Shown here: positions 20,872 to 31,800 of the stretch, one piece after another | How the letters are laid out: every line of letters begins with the position of its first letter | Position numbering within the stretch: position 1 is the first letter of the stretch | NCBI GenBank assembly: GCA_964448115.1 | Contig: CAYUVA010000002.1 | Location: 1-64,000, forward strand | Direction of reading: 5' to 3' | Source: an uncultured bacterium | GTDB taxonomy: Bacteria > CAYUVA01 | Length of the DNA stretch: 64,000 nucleotides | Position numbers and translations under genes: made by a program | The notes under the pieces: model-generated | Seen by the model: only the letters and a program-made list of their open reading frames with translations | Told to the model about the DNA's origin: nothing | The model's database searches: none

Positions 20872-22509
20872 ATGAAGGAGATCATCGAGAAACTTCTTGA
20901 AGAAAGCCTGAAGTCCTGTAAAGAACTGGTTTCCGAGCAGAATATTCCACCAGTGCAGGTTAGCTACCCGGATCCCAAGTTCGGAGATTTTACGACCAAC
21001 ATAGCCATGTTGCTGCCTAAAATACTTAGGCAGTCGCCGATGAAGATCGCCGAGACCATCATTGCCAATCTTCCCCCCTGTGCTGATCTTGATCATGTTG
21101 AAGCTGTCAAGCCAGGCTTTATGAACTCTACCATGAAGCCCTCTTTCTGGCACCAGAGCCTCTACCGCATTTTGACCGAAGGTATCCAATACAAGCCGGT
21201 TGCCAGTAAGAAGGTGAACCTCGAATTTGTCAGCGCCAATCCAACCGGACCGCTGAACGTGGTAAACGCAAGGGCTGCCTCACTGGGAGATAGTCTTGCC
21301 AGGATAATGCGCAAGGTTGGATATAAAGTCGATACCGAGTTCTATGTCAACGATGCTGGACGCCAGGTGATGCTTCTGGGCAATTCGATAAAGGCGCGCT
21401 TGGCTCAGCTTTATGGAGACAATATGGAACTACCCGAAGATGGCTACGGTGGTGATTATATAATCGAGATAGCTGAAGCACTTAAACAAAAACTCGACAA
21501 GCAATGTAAGACATACATGGAACTATCGGATCAAGAATACTCGGATTTCGGGGTTGAGGCGATAATCGAACAGCAAAGAACCGCGCTTGAGAATTTCGGG
21601 GTCATCTTTGATCGCTGGTTCCACGAGCGTTCGCTTTATGCGGGAACTGTGGATAAGGTGCTAAAGATTCTGCAAGAAAAGGGGCTTCTGTACGAGAAAG
21701 ATGGCGCTTTATGGCTGCGAACGACCCAATACGGAGATGATGAGGACAGGGTACTGAAAAAGAGCGATGGCTATCCGACATACTTCTTGTCAGACATAGC
21801 CTACCATTATGATAAATTCATGCGGGGGTACGACCTGGTAATCGACATCTGGGGTCCGGATCATCATGGGCATATAAAGCGCATGAATGCAGCCATCAAG
21901 GCACTTGGCTTCGATCCTGCAAAGTTCGAGGTTCTTATCGCACAGCTTGTAACCCTCAAACGCGGCCAAGAGACGGTCAAGATGTCCAAGCGGGGCGGTG
22001 AATTCGTTACCCTCGATGAGCTTGTCGAGGAGATAGGTGTTGATGCGGCTCGTTGCTTCTTTTTGATGCGTCGTTTTGATAGCCACCTCGATTTCGATCT
22101 TAAGTTGGCAGTTACCCAAAGCTCGGAAAACCCGGTTTACTATCTCCAATACGCCCATGCAAGGATATGTAGTGTATTCGAGAAGGCAAAGAAGAGGGGT
22201 TATGAGGTGCCTAAGCCGTCATTGCATAAGCTTGCTTCGCTAGATACTATCCAGGAACTGCGCTTGATTAACCAGGTCAACAGGTTCCCCGAGATAGTTG
22301 TCGAGGCGGCATTGTCTTTCGAGCCACATAGGGTAACATTCTATCTGCACGACCTGTGCTCCGAATTCCACAACTACTACAATCACCAGCGCATACTCGT
22401 TGATGACCCTATGGAACGGGGGGCAAGGTTGCTTTTACTCTCTGGCTTCAGGCAGACGCTCAAAGAGGGATTGAACCTACTAGGAATAAAGGCACCGGAG
22501 AAAATGTAA
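20872..22509 (+). CDS. argS: Arginine--tRNA ligase
   Basis: EFVSANPTGPL, KMSKR, YLQYAHARI, terminal APEKM. Confidence 0.98.
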   Translation: MKEIIEKLLEESLKSCKELVSEQNIPPVQVSYPDPKFGDFTTNIAMLLPKILRQSPMKIAETIIANLPPCADLDHVEAVKPGFMNSTMKPSFWHQSLYRILTEGIQYKPVASKKVNLEFVSANPTGPLNVVNARAASLGDSLARIMRKVGYKVDTEFYVNDAGRQVMLLGNSIKARLAQLYGDNMELPEDGYGGDYIIEIAEALKQKLDKQCKTYMELSDQEYSDFGVEAIIEQQRTALENFGVIFDRWFHERSLYAGTVDKVLKILQEKGLLYEKDGALWLRTTQYGDDEDRVLKKSDGYPTYFLSDIAYHYDKFMRGYDLVIDIWGPDHHGHIKRMNAAIKALGFDPAKFEVLIAQLVTLKRGQETVKMSKRGGEFVTLDELVEEIGVDAARCFFLMRRFDSHLDFDLKLAVTQSSENPVYYLQYAHARICSVFEKAKKRGYEVPKPSLHKLASLDTIQELRLINQVNRFPEIVVEAALSFEPHRVTFYLHDLCSEFHNYYNHQRILVDDPMERGARLLLLSGFRQTLKEGLNLLGIKAPEKM

Positions 22510-22530
22510 ATCTAAGCGGAGGTTAAACAA

Positions 22531-23241
22531 ATGACCGTATCATATAACCTGAGAGATGATGACCAAGATGGTTACAAGTACACCATGAGGCTCAAATCGA
22601 GCCATATCACATTTTTTTTAGTCGGCGGATTGGTCTGCGCATTCCTGATATTCATCCTCGGATACTCCATCGGCAAAAATGTGGGTACCAGGGAGGGATT
22701 TATAACCGAACAGCAGGTTGGACTCACCCCAGCCGATAGGGCACAAGGAGCAGGTAAGGCACAGGATAAAGAGAAGGAGTCTCCCTGGCTGGAGACTAAG
22801 GTTACCTTGCCTGAAGCGGAGCCGACACTTGATGAATACTGGATCGCATCCACCGATAAGAGACAATCCCCAAAACCGACATCTATTCCCAAGGCTAAGC
22901 AAAAGGTGGAGCCAACATCACACCCTGTAAAGAAAGGATCGATGGAACCTACGCCACCAATCCAAGCACAAAAGCAACAAGTAAAGCCCAAATATACCAT
23001 CCAGGTTGCAGCCGGCAGGAATAAAGAAGGCGCCTACAAACTGAAGCAGGATCTAATTAAAGCCGGTTGGGATAGCTATATAACATTACTGAAACCTCGA
23101 AGGGGAGGTGTTATATATCGCATAAGAGTCGGCAAGTACGAGTATCGCGACCAGGCAGAGAAGCAGTTAGTTAAGCTAAAGAAAAACAGGAAATATAGGG
23201 ACGCATATATTCTGCCTTATCAAAAGGAGCCGGAGTACTAG
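22531..23241 (+). CDS. SPOR-domain cell division protein (FtsN/DedD-like)
   Basis: Single TM, Pro/Lys linker, 'YTIQVAA...YRIRVGKY'; follows argS. Confidence 0.85.
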   Translation: MTVSYNLRDDDQDGYKYTMRLKSSHITFFLVGGLVCAFLIFILGYSIGKNVGTREGFITEQQVGLTPADRAQGAGKAQDKEKESPWLETKVTLPEAEPTLDEYWIASTDKRQSPKPTSIPKAKQKVEPTSHPVKKGSMEPTPPIQAQKQQVKPKYTIQVAAGRNKEGAYKLKQDLIKAGWDSYITLLKPRRGGVIYRIRVGKYEYRDQAEKQLVKLKKNRKYRDAYILPYQKEPEY

Positions 23242-23343
23242 AAATAAATTGACAATGGTTCTTATTCACTCAAAGGTTGTATAAAATTCTAGCAACCTAT
23301 CTTTTGATGTCACAAAAATAATGTTAAGCGTTACGGGTATGCC

Positions 23344-23985
23344 TTATAACTTGAGCAGCACTCCTAGCGCGATCTGGTGCACCTCGACATTGTCTTTCAC
23401 ATCCTCTCTCTCTGCTCCCTCTTCGAGCCGCAGTCGATAATCGAGCGAGAAGTTACGATATTGGTATTCAAGGAAAATGCCGAGTACCGAAAGATCTAAC
23501 TCAGCACCTAGCAATCCCTGGTATCCGAATCCCATGAAGCTATCACTGCCGCTGATCTTTGTGCCACTTATGGTGGTAGAGACCTTCAACTCGCTCCAGT
23601 AGGCTCCAACACCGACCCCTGCATAGGGTACTATCAAAGGCAAAGGAATGCGCAGCTTGGCATTGAGGGTTACCGGTATCAGGCGGTATGTAAGGTCGAT
23701 CTTCTCTATGCCGGCAACGCCTGGCTTCTCGGTCTTTGTATTCGAGTAGTAATCGACCTCCAGGCTCAGGTATAAAAGCTCGGTGAAGCTCCTGTCCAGC
23801 TCGGCGCCGAAGAAGAAACCCTCACTTTTCGTGTCCAGCTTCTCAACTTCCTTTTTTAGATCATCTATCTCTCCAAAGGATAGATAACCGAGCTTGAAGC
23901 CGAGAGCTTTGTCAGCATGAGCATCGCCTGCATACATGGCGACAATAAGGCTAAACAAGACAAACAAAAGAACTCTTTTATGCAT
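23344..23985 (-). CDS. Outer-membrane beta-barrel protein (OmpA/OmpW-like)
   Basis: Signal peptide AHA, 'PYAGVGVG', alternating beta strands. Confidence 0.8.
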   Translation of the reverse strand: MHKRVLLFVLFSLIVAMYAGDAHADKALGFKLGYLSFGEIDDLKKEVEKLDTKSEGFFFGAELDRSFTELLYLSLEVDYYSNTKTEKPGVAGIEKIDLTYRLIPVTLNAKLRIPLPLIVPYAGVGVGAYWSELKVSTTISGTKISGSDSFMGFGYQGLLGAELDLSVLGIFLEYQYRNFSLDYRLRLEEGAEREDVKDNVEVHQIALGVLLKL

Positions 23986-24081
23986 TAAGTCCTCCCGGTT
24001 AGTAACTTTCACCATAAATATACTTCAAAATCATTTACCATTTCAAGATCATCAACAACCGATCGGTCATCCAGATCAGAC

Positions 24082-25704
24082 CTATTTATATCTTATTCTG
24101 GTCTCCCCCTCACGGACTACGATAATGGCTGCCTTTCCGAGCACTGGGCAGACATACTCGCAGATGCCGCAGCCATTGCAAAGGTCAGCATCGACCTCCG
24201 GCACCATTATCAGATCTCCCCTGCGCCTCTGACCTTTACCTGATTTTGCTCCATACCCGTAGCCGTATCCATATCTGCCCTTATGGTTTGCCGTGTTGTC
24301 TAAATGCTCGGCTTCGACCCCCTGGAGTTGATTATTTCGGGGTACCATCTTTATCGCCTTGTCCGGTATGGGGCAGTGCTCCTCGCAGACCACGCAGTTC
24401 TTGTCCTCGATGAACGGTATGCATAGATCCTCGATGATTTTAGCCTTGCCGATGTTCCATTTTTTCTTTATCGGCAAGGGTAGCTCTTGAATCGCCCCCG
24501 TAGGGCATATCTGGCCACAGAGTGTGCAGTTGTACTCGCAATAGCCGAGCCTCGGTATCAGCACCGGCGACCAGAATCCCTCCACCCCAGAGCTTAAAAG
24601 AGCAGGATGGAGCGCGCTGGTAGGACAGATACGCATGCACTCCCCGCAGCGGATACAGGTGTCGAGGAAGCTAGCCTCCGGCAGTGCGCCAGGAGGACGG
24701 ATAAGGCTATGGGGCAGGTTGTGCTTGATCGGATCCAGCTTCAATGTCGGCACCATTGCCAGGCTCACCGCGCTGGTTACCAGGAACCTGCGCCGCGATA
24801 GGTCAACCGCGCCAGTGGATGGAGTCCAGGCAACGCCACGCTTGATGAAGCTGATCGCATCCACCGGGCACTCCTTTTGGCACACTAGGCACATGACACA
24901 TTCAGCTTGTTTGCATAAGGTGGCATCCTGGTGGTCGATGCAGCCAGTGGGGCACTCGCTGGAACAGAGTCCGCACTGGATGCAATCCTCGGAGCATCGA
25001 TACCGAAATGGAGAGATCAACGAAATAATCCCCAGTAAGGCTCCCAAGGGGCAAGCATTTGAGCACCACCAGCGCCGCCCTAAAACACCAAGAGTGAAAA
25101 CTGCTAAAAACAGGATGAAAACAGAAAGCGACTGATTGAAGTGTTGCTGTGGGATAGTGAAAATGTTGCGAAATAAGAAATCATAGATCCCCTCAAAGAT
25201 ACACCCGAGCACGGGGAGATCGCTCAATGCCCACATACCATCCAGAAACAGGTAGCTTGTATAAGGATATATCGATACCGAAAGGCTGCGTACTAGCAGG
25301 CTCATCGGGTCCAATAGTAAAAGCAACTGCGTGGAGAATATGGCGGTGATCAGGATAAAGGTTAACAGGGCGAACTTGAGCCAGCGGACATCCACCCTTT
25401 TTCTCTTCCTCAAGCCGAGTTTCCCTAGCAAGGAGTCGAATATGTCGATCAGCGTCCCCAGGGGGCAGATCCACCCGCAAAATACCCTCCCGAACAATAA
25501 TGTGAGAGCTATAATATATAAAGAAGGTAGAAGCAGAGGCTCTACGGTGCGATAGGCAATGGATACTCCGAAAAAGATAAGGGGGCTTATGCGCAGGAAG
25601 ATATTAAGCGGTTGCTCGATGATATCGACCCCCTTGTATCTGGTCTCCCAAAAGAGCCACAAAAAGACGAAAAGGAGCGAGTACTGGATAATCTTCCTTG
25701 GCAT
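24082..25704 (-). CDS. Membrane polyferredoxin (NapH/MauN-NapG-like 4Fe-4S protein)
   Basis: CGWICPLG, CSNACPLG, multiple CxxCxxCxxxCP, RPPGA. Confidence 0.9.
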   Translation of the reverse strand: MPRKIIQYSLLFVFLWLFWETRYKGVDIIEQPLNIFLRISPLIFFGVSIAYRTVEPLLLPSLYIIALTLLFGRVFCGWICPLGTLIDIFDSLLGKLGLRKRKRVDVRWLKFALLTFILITAIFSTQLLLLLDPMSLLVRSLSVSIYPYTSYLFLDGMWALSDLPVLGCIFEGIYDFLFRNIFTIPQQHFNQSLSVFILFLAVFTLGVLGRRWWCSNACPLGALLGIISLISPFRYRCSEDCIQCGLCSSECPTGCIDHQDATLCKQAECVMCLVCQKECPVDAISFIKRGVAWTPSTGAVDLSRRRFLVTSAVSLAMVPTLKLDPIKHNLPHSLIRPPGALPEASFLDTCIRCGECMRICPTSALHPALLSSGVEGFWSPVLIPRLGYCEYNCTLCGQICPTGAIQELPLPIKKKWNIGKAKIIEDLCIPFIEDKNCVVCEEHCPIPDKAIKMVPRNNQLQGVEAEHLDNTANHKGRYGYGYGYGAKSGKGQRRRGDLIMVPEVDADLCNGCGICEYVCPVLGKAAIIVVREGETRIRYK

Positions 25705-25730
25705 AGTATTTCTAATCGAGCATGTTCTAT

Positions 25731-26684
25731 CTAAGCTGCTGCCAGGCTATGCGTAACCCGTTTCACCTTGCCCAGGTCCATCTCCCCCAAGCCGACCTTG
25801 TATCCATTTATCAGCCATTGTAGCGTTGCTGTTGGCACTCCCATGATCTTAGCAGCCTGTGCATCAGCGGTAACAACGCTAGGAGAGGCGACCACTGTAT
25901 TGAGCACCTTTACATCATCGAGGTTGCCGCCGCTTGGACCGTGTGCGATAAGCACCCTGGTCATATCGATCACGGTCAGGTCGCTTTTCACAACCTGGTT
26001 AAGATCGGGGAGCTTCTTGTCGATGTCAACATGGATGCTTCCCCTTCTGCCGCCGATGATCCCCATGATGTTCTTCATTCCCAAGGTCAGCCTGGTCAAC
26101 CCGTGGTGCTTTGCAACCGGCACATTGATAAAGACATCCGCCTCGAGCGCATCCTTGTAGAACTTCCACTTACCAAGTATAAGTTTATCCTTTATCTTCA
26201 CATCGACAAACTTGCGCTCATCGATAAGGTAGATGCTCACTCTCGAATCATCCAACGACTCGACAGCATCCTTGATCCCGCTATTTACATAGCATCTTCT
26301 AGGGTCATTGCATGTATTATCGAAGACTCGCACCTTGCCGGCGCCGGCATCGAGGCAGAGTTTGATCAACTCCTTGACCACCTCTGGGTGCGTGTTTGCA
26401 GCCTGATTTGGATTTCGATCCCAGCCGATATTAGGCTTCACTATAACATTATCTCCCTTGGAGACGAAGCGCTTCATGCCGCCGAGGGCATAGATGGCTT
26501 TGTCAACAAGTTCTTTGGGTGCCCCGTCCTTGATTACCGCCAACTGGAGGGTCGGATCTGAGAGTAATCGGGTAGTATTAGTATCAAGGGCTGTGATGCC
26601 CTGAGCCAATAGCTTGAGCGGCGGGGCTATCATTGCCGATGCGGCAGCGCACAAGCCGAGCTTCAAGAATTCTCTTCTTCGCAT
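25731..26684 (-). CDS. Tat-exported DUF362 family protein
   Basis: MRRREFLK Tat motif; VKPNIGWDR, NVPVAKHH, LGMKN. Confidence 0.9.
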   Translation of the reverse strand: MRRREFLKLGLCAAASAMIAPPLKLLAQGITALDTNTTRLLSDPTLQLAVIKDGAPKELVDKAIYALGGMKRFVSKGDNVIVKPNIGWDRNPNQAANTHPEVVKELIKLCLDAGAGKVRVFDNTCNDPRRCYVNSGIKDAVESLDDSRVSIYLIDERKFVDVKIKDKLILGKWKFYKDALEADVFINVPVAKHHGLTRLTLGMKNIMGIIGGRRGSIHVDIDKKLPDLNQVVKSDLTVIDMTRVLIAHGPSGGNLDDVKVLNTVVASPSVVTADAQAAKIMGVPTATLQWLINGYKVGLGEMDLGKVKRVTHSLAAA

Positions 26685-26776
26685 CGTAGTCTATTCCCTT
26701 TCCTAAGTTAAAGCCATCATTACTTGCTTGTATAATTTAACAACCAATCAACCTGGTCAAATTCCCCTGGTGCTCT

Positions 26777-28816
26777 TCATTTCCTGCTTAACAGTGCTGG
26801 ATTCAGATTTAATGCTTTTTGCATCGCTTTATTCGCAGATTTCATATCGCCCATGTCCTTGTAAACCATAGCCAGGTTATAATACAAGAGCCAGTTATCG
26901 GCATCGAGGCTGATGCCCTGGTTGAATGTCTCGATAGCCAACTGGTTGCGCCCCCAGCGATTGTAGATGATGCCCAGGTTGCTGTATCCGCTCCCCGCTC
27001 GGGGGCGATAGCGTATCGACTCCTTGATCATTCGCTCCGCCTCGGCATAGTATCCCATCTCTGCGAGCGCATTGCCTATGTTGTTGTACTGGTCGGGCAT
27101 ATCGACCGCGTACCTGGCTGCTTGCAGGTAAGTATTCTTGGCTTGCTCCCATAAGCCGGTCTTTCGCATTATCTCCGCCCGTTGTATAAGATAGTGCCCT
27201 ACAATGGCGCGCATGGTGAAGTCCTTGTAAAGGCTCGCATCCATCAGCCCTCTAAGGGGTATATAATCCGGGAAATACACCAGGTTCTCGTAAACTGAAA
27301 TGCCCTTTCGCACCCGGAACAAGAACCCTTGGGGCATGATCTGTTCATCCTCGAAGAACTCGCCGACCACGCTCATAAAGGTCGGTGTTGTCGTATGGTC
27401 GCTTATGAATCGCATAAGCCCGGACCAGTTCATTCTAGGCAGCCCGCGACGTGTATTAGGGTAGAAGTATCCCTGAGCCTCCATGAACACCAGGTCTTGC
27501 CTCCAATTCTGGCAAGATTTCAGGTAAAATGGTATAAAGGTTATATTGTCCCCTTCAAGGAATATAAGCGCCTCCTGGGCTGCCGTATTTATCACATGCT
27601 TGCCGAAGTCATAAGCAAGCCAGGCGCGGCTTTTATCTCCATAGTAATAATTGCGGATGATAAGCATCGCAAGAGATAATGAAAGTAAAAAATAAAAAAT
27701 AACTTTTAGCCTTGGTGCAATTTTTTTTAGCCAGCTTAATATCGACTCTATGAAACACCCTATAAAGAATGCCATACAAAAATAAAACGGCAACAAATAT
27801 CGATAGACATACCCCATATCAGCGCGATTTCCGTAAAGCAGCATTATAACTACATTCCCCAGGGCTATTATTACAACCGCTATGCCGATTATTTTAAGGC
27901 GAAGGATTGCAATTAGCCCACCAGTTATGCCAACAATGAAAAAAACAACACCGAACTCATCGATGTTATAAGCGAGAACCCGCTTGAGCACCTCCAAGAT
28001 ATCGCCAAGGCTCCGGTCCATCATCTTGAAGGCATACTCCTTTTGGCTCATGTAAGATAAGAACCTATCCCAGGTGAAGGGAAACAGCCAATTCATGATG
28101 AGTTTTCGCGAGGCTCTTATGGGGATATAAAGATAGACCGATAATCCTAGAATGAAGAAAAAGATGCTGATAATGATATCCCTCAAGCGAGTAGTTCGCA
28201 AACTTGGTCCGATGCTTGTCCCTAAGATTATCAAGCCCCCCAGAATGCCCAATAGCGCGTGAAAATGGCTCCCCATTGCCAGGGCGGATATGAAACTAAA
28301 TGAGTATAGATAGGATAATCTTGGATCTTGCCGATAGTTGATGGCTAAAAGAACAAGCAGGGCAATGAAAAGTATGCTCAGCGTATATACCCGATAAATG
28401 GCGCTCTGGCTCCAGGTGGTGCGCCCCAGGATTAGTACAAGCGGGGAGCTTACCGCAACCAGCAGACTGAATTTCAAACGGATCAATATAAGCGCAAGGA
28501 TGATCGCTGCCCCGCAACCTGCGATCGCCGATGCCAGGTTGGTCGCATAAGCTATATTGCCCAAGGGGAGAAAGATAAACAGCCTTCCTAACATAAGCAA
28601 TACCGGGAACCCGGTCGGGTGAGGGACGGCTAATAAAAACGCTGCCGCGCTAAGCTCCCCGCTATCTCCAGTGTAAACCTCCGGCGCCAAGGATTTCACA
28701 AGATGTTCAAGCAATACTAGCATCAACAGCGCCAGGGATACTGCATGGGTTGAATATATTGAAGGGGAGGTTATATATCCTGTTGAGTGGATGTGTGATT
28801 TCTTGACAGCCATCAT
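26777..28816 (-). CDS. DUF2723 / TMEM260-like GT-C glycosyltransferase with C-terminal TPRs
   Basis: 'GDSGEL..AA..L.VPHPTGFP', 'YLYIPIRA', 'GDN..F', three or more TPRs. Confidence 0.85.
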   Translation of the reverse strand: MMAVKKSHIHSTGYITSPSIYSTHAVSLALLMLVLLEHLVKSLAPEVYTGDSGELSAAAFLLAVPHPTGFPVLLMLGRLFIFLPLGNIAYATNLASAIAGCGAAIILALILIRLKFSLLVAVSSPLVLILGRTTWSQSAIYRVYTLSILFIALLVLLAINYRQDPRLSYLYSFSFISALAMGSHFHALLGILGGLIILGTSIGPSLRTTRLRDIIISIFFFILGLSVYLYIPIRASRKLIMNWLFPFTWDRFLSYMSQKEYAFKMMDRSLGDILEVLKRVLAYNIDEFGVVFFIVGITGGLIAILRLKIIGIAVVIIALGNVVIMLLYGNRADMGYVYRYLLPFYFCMAFFIGCFIESILSWLKKIAPRLKVIFYFLLSLSLAMLIIRNYYYGDKSRAWLAYDFGKHVINTAAQEALIFLEGDNITFIPFYLKSCQNWRQDLVFMEAQGYFYPNTRRGLPRMNWSGLMRFISDHTTTPTFMSVVGEFFEDEQIMPQGFLFRVRKGISVYENLVYFPDYIPLRGLMDASLYKDFTMRAIVGHYLIQRAEIMRKTGLWEQAKNTYLQAARYAVDMPDQYNNIGNALAEMGYYAEAERMIKESIRYRPRAGSGYSNLGIIYNRWGRNQLAIETFNQGISLDADNWLLYYNLAMVYKDMGDMKSANKAMQKALNLNPALLSRK

Positions 28817-28898
28817 TAGCTGTATTAATCTTAACAATGATCGAATTGAAAGGCTAATGTTGAACTACCGATTAATGGTAATACATGGGAGAAGAAAG

Positions 28899-31800
28899 AT
28901 GAATATGCAAGCAAGTAAAATATACATCATCGCCCTATTGATGGTGCTTGGCTATGTTTTTTCGGTGCAAGCGGGGAACTATCCGTTCACCCACGACCAG
29001 ATGTATAGCGATATTATGTCGTTTAGAAACGGCAATGGAGCCTTCGATGCCTCGCAGATGACCTACAACGACTACTGTGTTCATGGATTAAGGCTGCTGC
29101 AACGGGTTCCTAATTATCAGGAAGACCTGATCGTCTGGATACAAAGCTGTCAGAACCCGGATGGTGGCTTCGGGGAATATCCCGGTGCCACCTCGGATAT
29201 GACCTCGACCTATTTTGCGATCCATTCACTTAAGGTCTTGGGCGCTAGCGTGCTGGATCCAGAAGCAGCGCGTAACTTCATCGATAGCTGCCAGGTGATG
29301 GAAGGGGACTGGAGCTGGCCGGCTGGTGGATATGCATATACCCCCGGCGAGGGAAAGGGCTACTCCATCCTGGAGGCGACCATGTATGCTATCTGGGGTT
29401 TGCGCTTCTTGGGGTACCAGCCTCAGAACCTGCAGGCTTTGATCGATTTTATAAATGCACACCAGGTAAACGATGGTGGATTCGGTATAATGCCATTACC
29501 ATTGGGGAGTTTATTTCCTAGTATGGCCATGAGCTGTTATTGGGGAGCGCTATGCTGCGAGGGATTGAACATGGAACCTCCGGATAAACAGGCATTTATC
29601 AACTTCTGCCGCAGCCTGCAACTCGGCGATGGTGGCTTCGAGATCCTAAAGGGAGATGGCAATAGCTACACAATGGCATGTTACTGGGTGATCCATGCAC
29701 TGAATACTGTCAATTCACTTCCATCTAATCTAATGGGGGCAGTGAACTATATACAGGGCTTGGAGAAACAGACCGGCGGTATCCGATTTGGAAAGGATTA
29801 CTCCAGTGTGGATCCGATGAGCACCTATATGGGGATCTTCGCCCTGCAACTAATGACCTTCAATGCAAGATATATCAATGCTCATATAAACTACTTCCAT
29901 GGCTGTCAGAACCAGGACAACGCCTTTGGCCCTTTTTCGGGTGGTGAAAGTGCCATGCCACACAGCTATTATTGCTCACTGGGGCTTTCTTGGCTGGGGG
30001 AGACCATATTCCCGCCCACCAGCTATATAAACTGGGTTATGAGTTGCGAGGACAGCTTCGGTCCTTTCCCTGCCGGCTTCGGCTATATGCCAGGAGGTGC
30101 AGGACAGGTGAAGTATAGCCATTATGCCTATTTTATTCTTGACAGCTTTGGTCAAGCATCCCAATCAGCCTCCTATGGTTGGGTTGGAGGCTGCCGTGCA
30201 CCGCTGGATCCTGATGATCCTGAGGGCGAAATGGGTGGATTCACCAGCGATCAGGACGATGATAATCCGAGCCTGGAGGATACATATCATGGTTGCATGG
30301 TTTACGATATCGTTAACAAGAATCCTGGGGATATAGAAGGCTTAACTACTTATGTACTAGGTTGCCAGACCGAAAGTGGCGGCTTTGGCTGGGATATGGG
30401 CAAATCGCTCGCCTCAATGGAACATACCTTCCACGGCGTGATGTGCCTTAATTTTATAAACGCAGAGGCTGCGGATCCAGAGGGCTTGTTGAACTTCATC
30501 ATGGGATGCCATAACGAGGATGGTGGATTTTCCTTCAGACCGGGGTATGGCAGCTCCTACCTGGACACCTACTATGCTCTGCGCAGCCTGGAGGTATTGG
30601 GTGAGCTAACCGATGATATCGTGCAGGGCGCCACCAACTTTGTCGCCTACTACTGGCCGAACATGGGGCACGGTCCCATGGCTGATTTCATCGGAGCATA
30701 CATACTATCCAAGGGCTTTACGCCAGAGATTCCGCCGGCAACCCCGATACCATCTCCGACCTTTACGCCTTATGTAACCCCGACACCGACCTATACACCA
30801 ACTCCAGCACCATCGGTAACCGCAACCGGGACCACACCCCCCTCTCCAACCCCCACAGTAACGCCTACAGCCAATCCATCGCATACATTCACTGCCACCC
30901 CAACCCCCACCCATAGCGGAGGTGGACCCAACGCACCGACCATCGATCCTCAGCCGCCATGCAAGAAAGGGACAACTAACACCCTCTCGTGGAGCGATGA
31001 GAGTGCCAGCGGTGCGGTGGAGTATCTAATCGAATCGAGCATCGACAACTTCGTCTCCATCCAGGATGAGAGCGGATGGATAACCACCACACAATATACC
31101 TTCCGCGACCTGGTCGATGGCTGGACATATCAGTATCGGGTCAAGGCACGCGATGTGAACATGGACGAGAGTCCCTGGTCGGCTGTGGTCGCTGTGAAGC
31201 AGGACAATACCCCACCAAAGGTCCTGCTCGGCGGATACTGGGATACAATGTTAAGCGGAGCAAGCGGGGGCAAGATCACCATGATGGCTTATGTAACCGA
31301 CCCTGATGTTGACCTTGTCCGTGTTTACTATGATGGTGCTGATACCGGCTTGCAACTCAACGACAATGGCATCCTCGGCGATGCCAAGGCAGGCGATAAC
31401 CTTTTCACCTACAGCACCATATTGAGCGGGGGATTGCCCCGGGTTAGCCTACTGCTCCAGTTCGTGGTTTCCGACTGCGCGGGAAACATCGGGCAGTGGC
31501 CTTTGTTCTCCATTAGCTTCGATTCGAGTGCTTATGCTACAGGCTTGGGGGAGCGCGAGCTTGCTGAGCTATCCTTTGAGCGGATGTTGGGCGCGATGAT
31601 AGAGACTGGTCGCCTGCCTGGGGAGCCTGGGGCTAAGGGGGCTGAGCCGATGATCTACCTCGGAGGCTACTGGGATAGCAGTGTTACCTTCGAGGCTGGT
31701 GGAACACTGATGCTGATGGTCTATGTGGTCGATGCCCAGAGCGATGTGGCTGCGGTGGAGCTATATTTCGCCGGTCAGCCAACTGGCATTCAACTACTCG

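Noticed and set aside
27660-27960. AT-rich patch inside the DUF2723 gene suggesting an insertion
   Set aside because: The frame is intact and the patch encodes Ile/Phe-rich TM helices.
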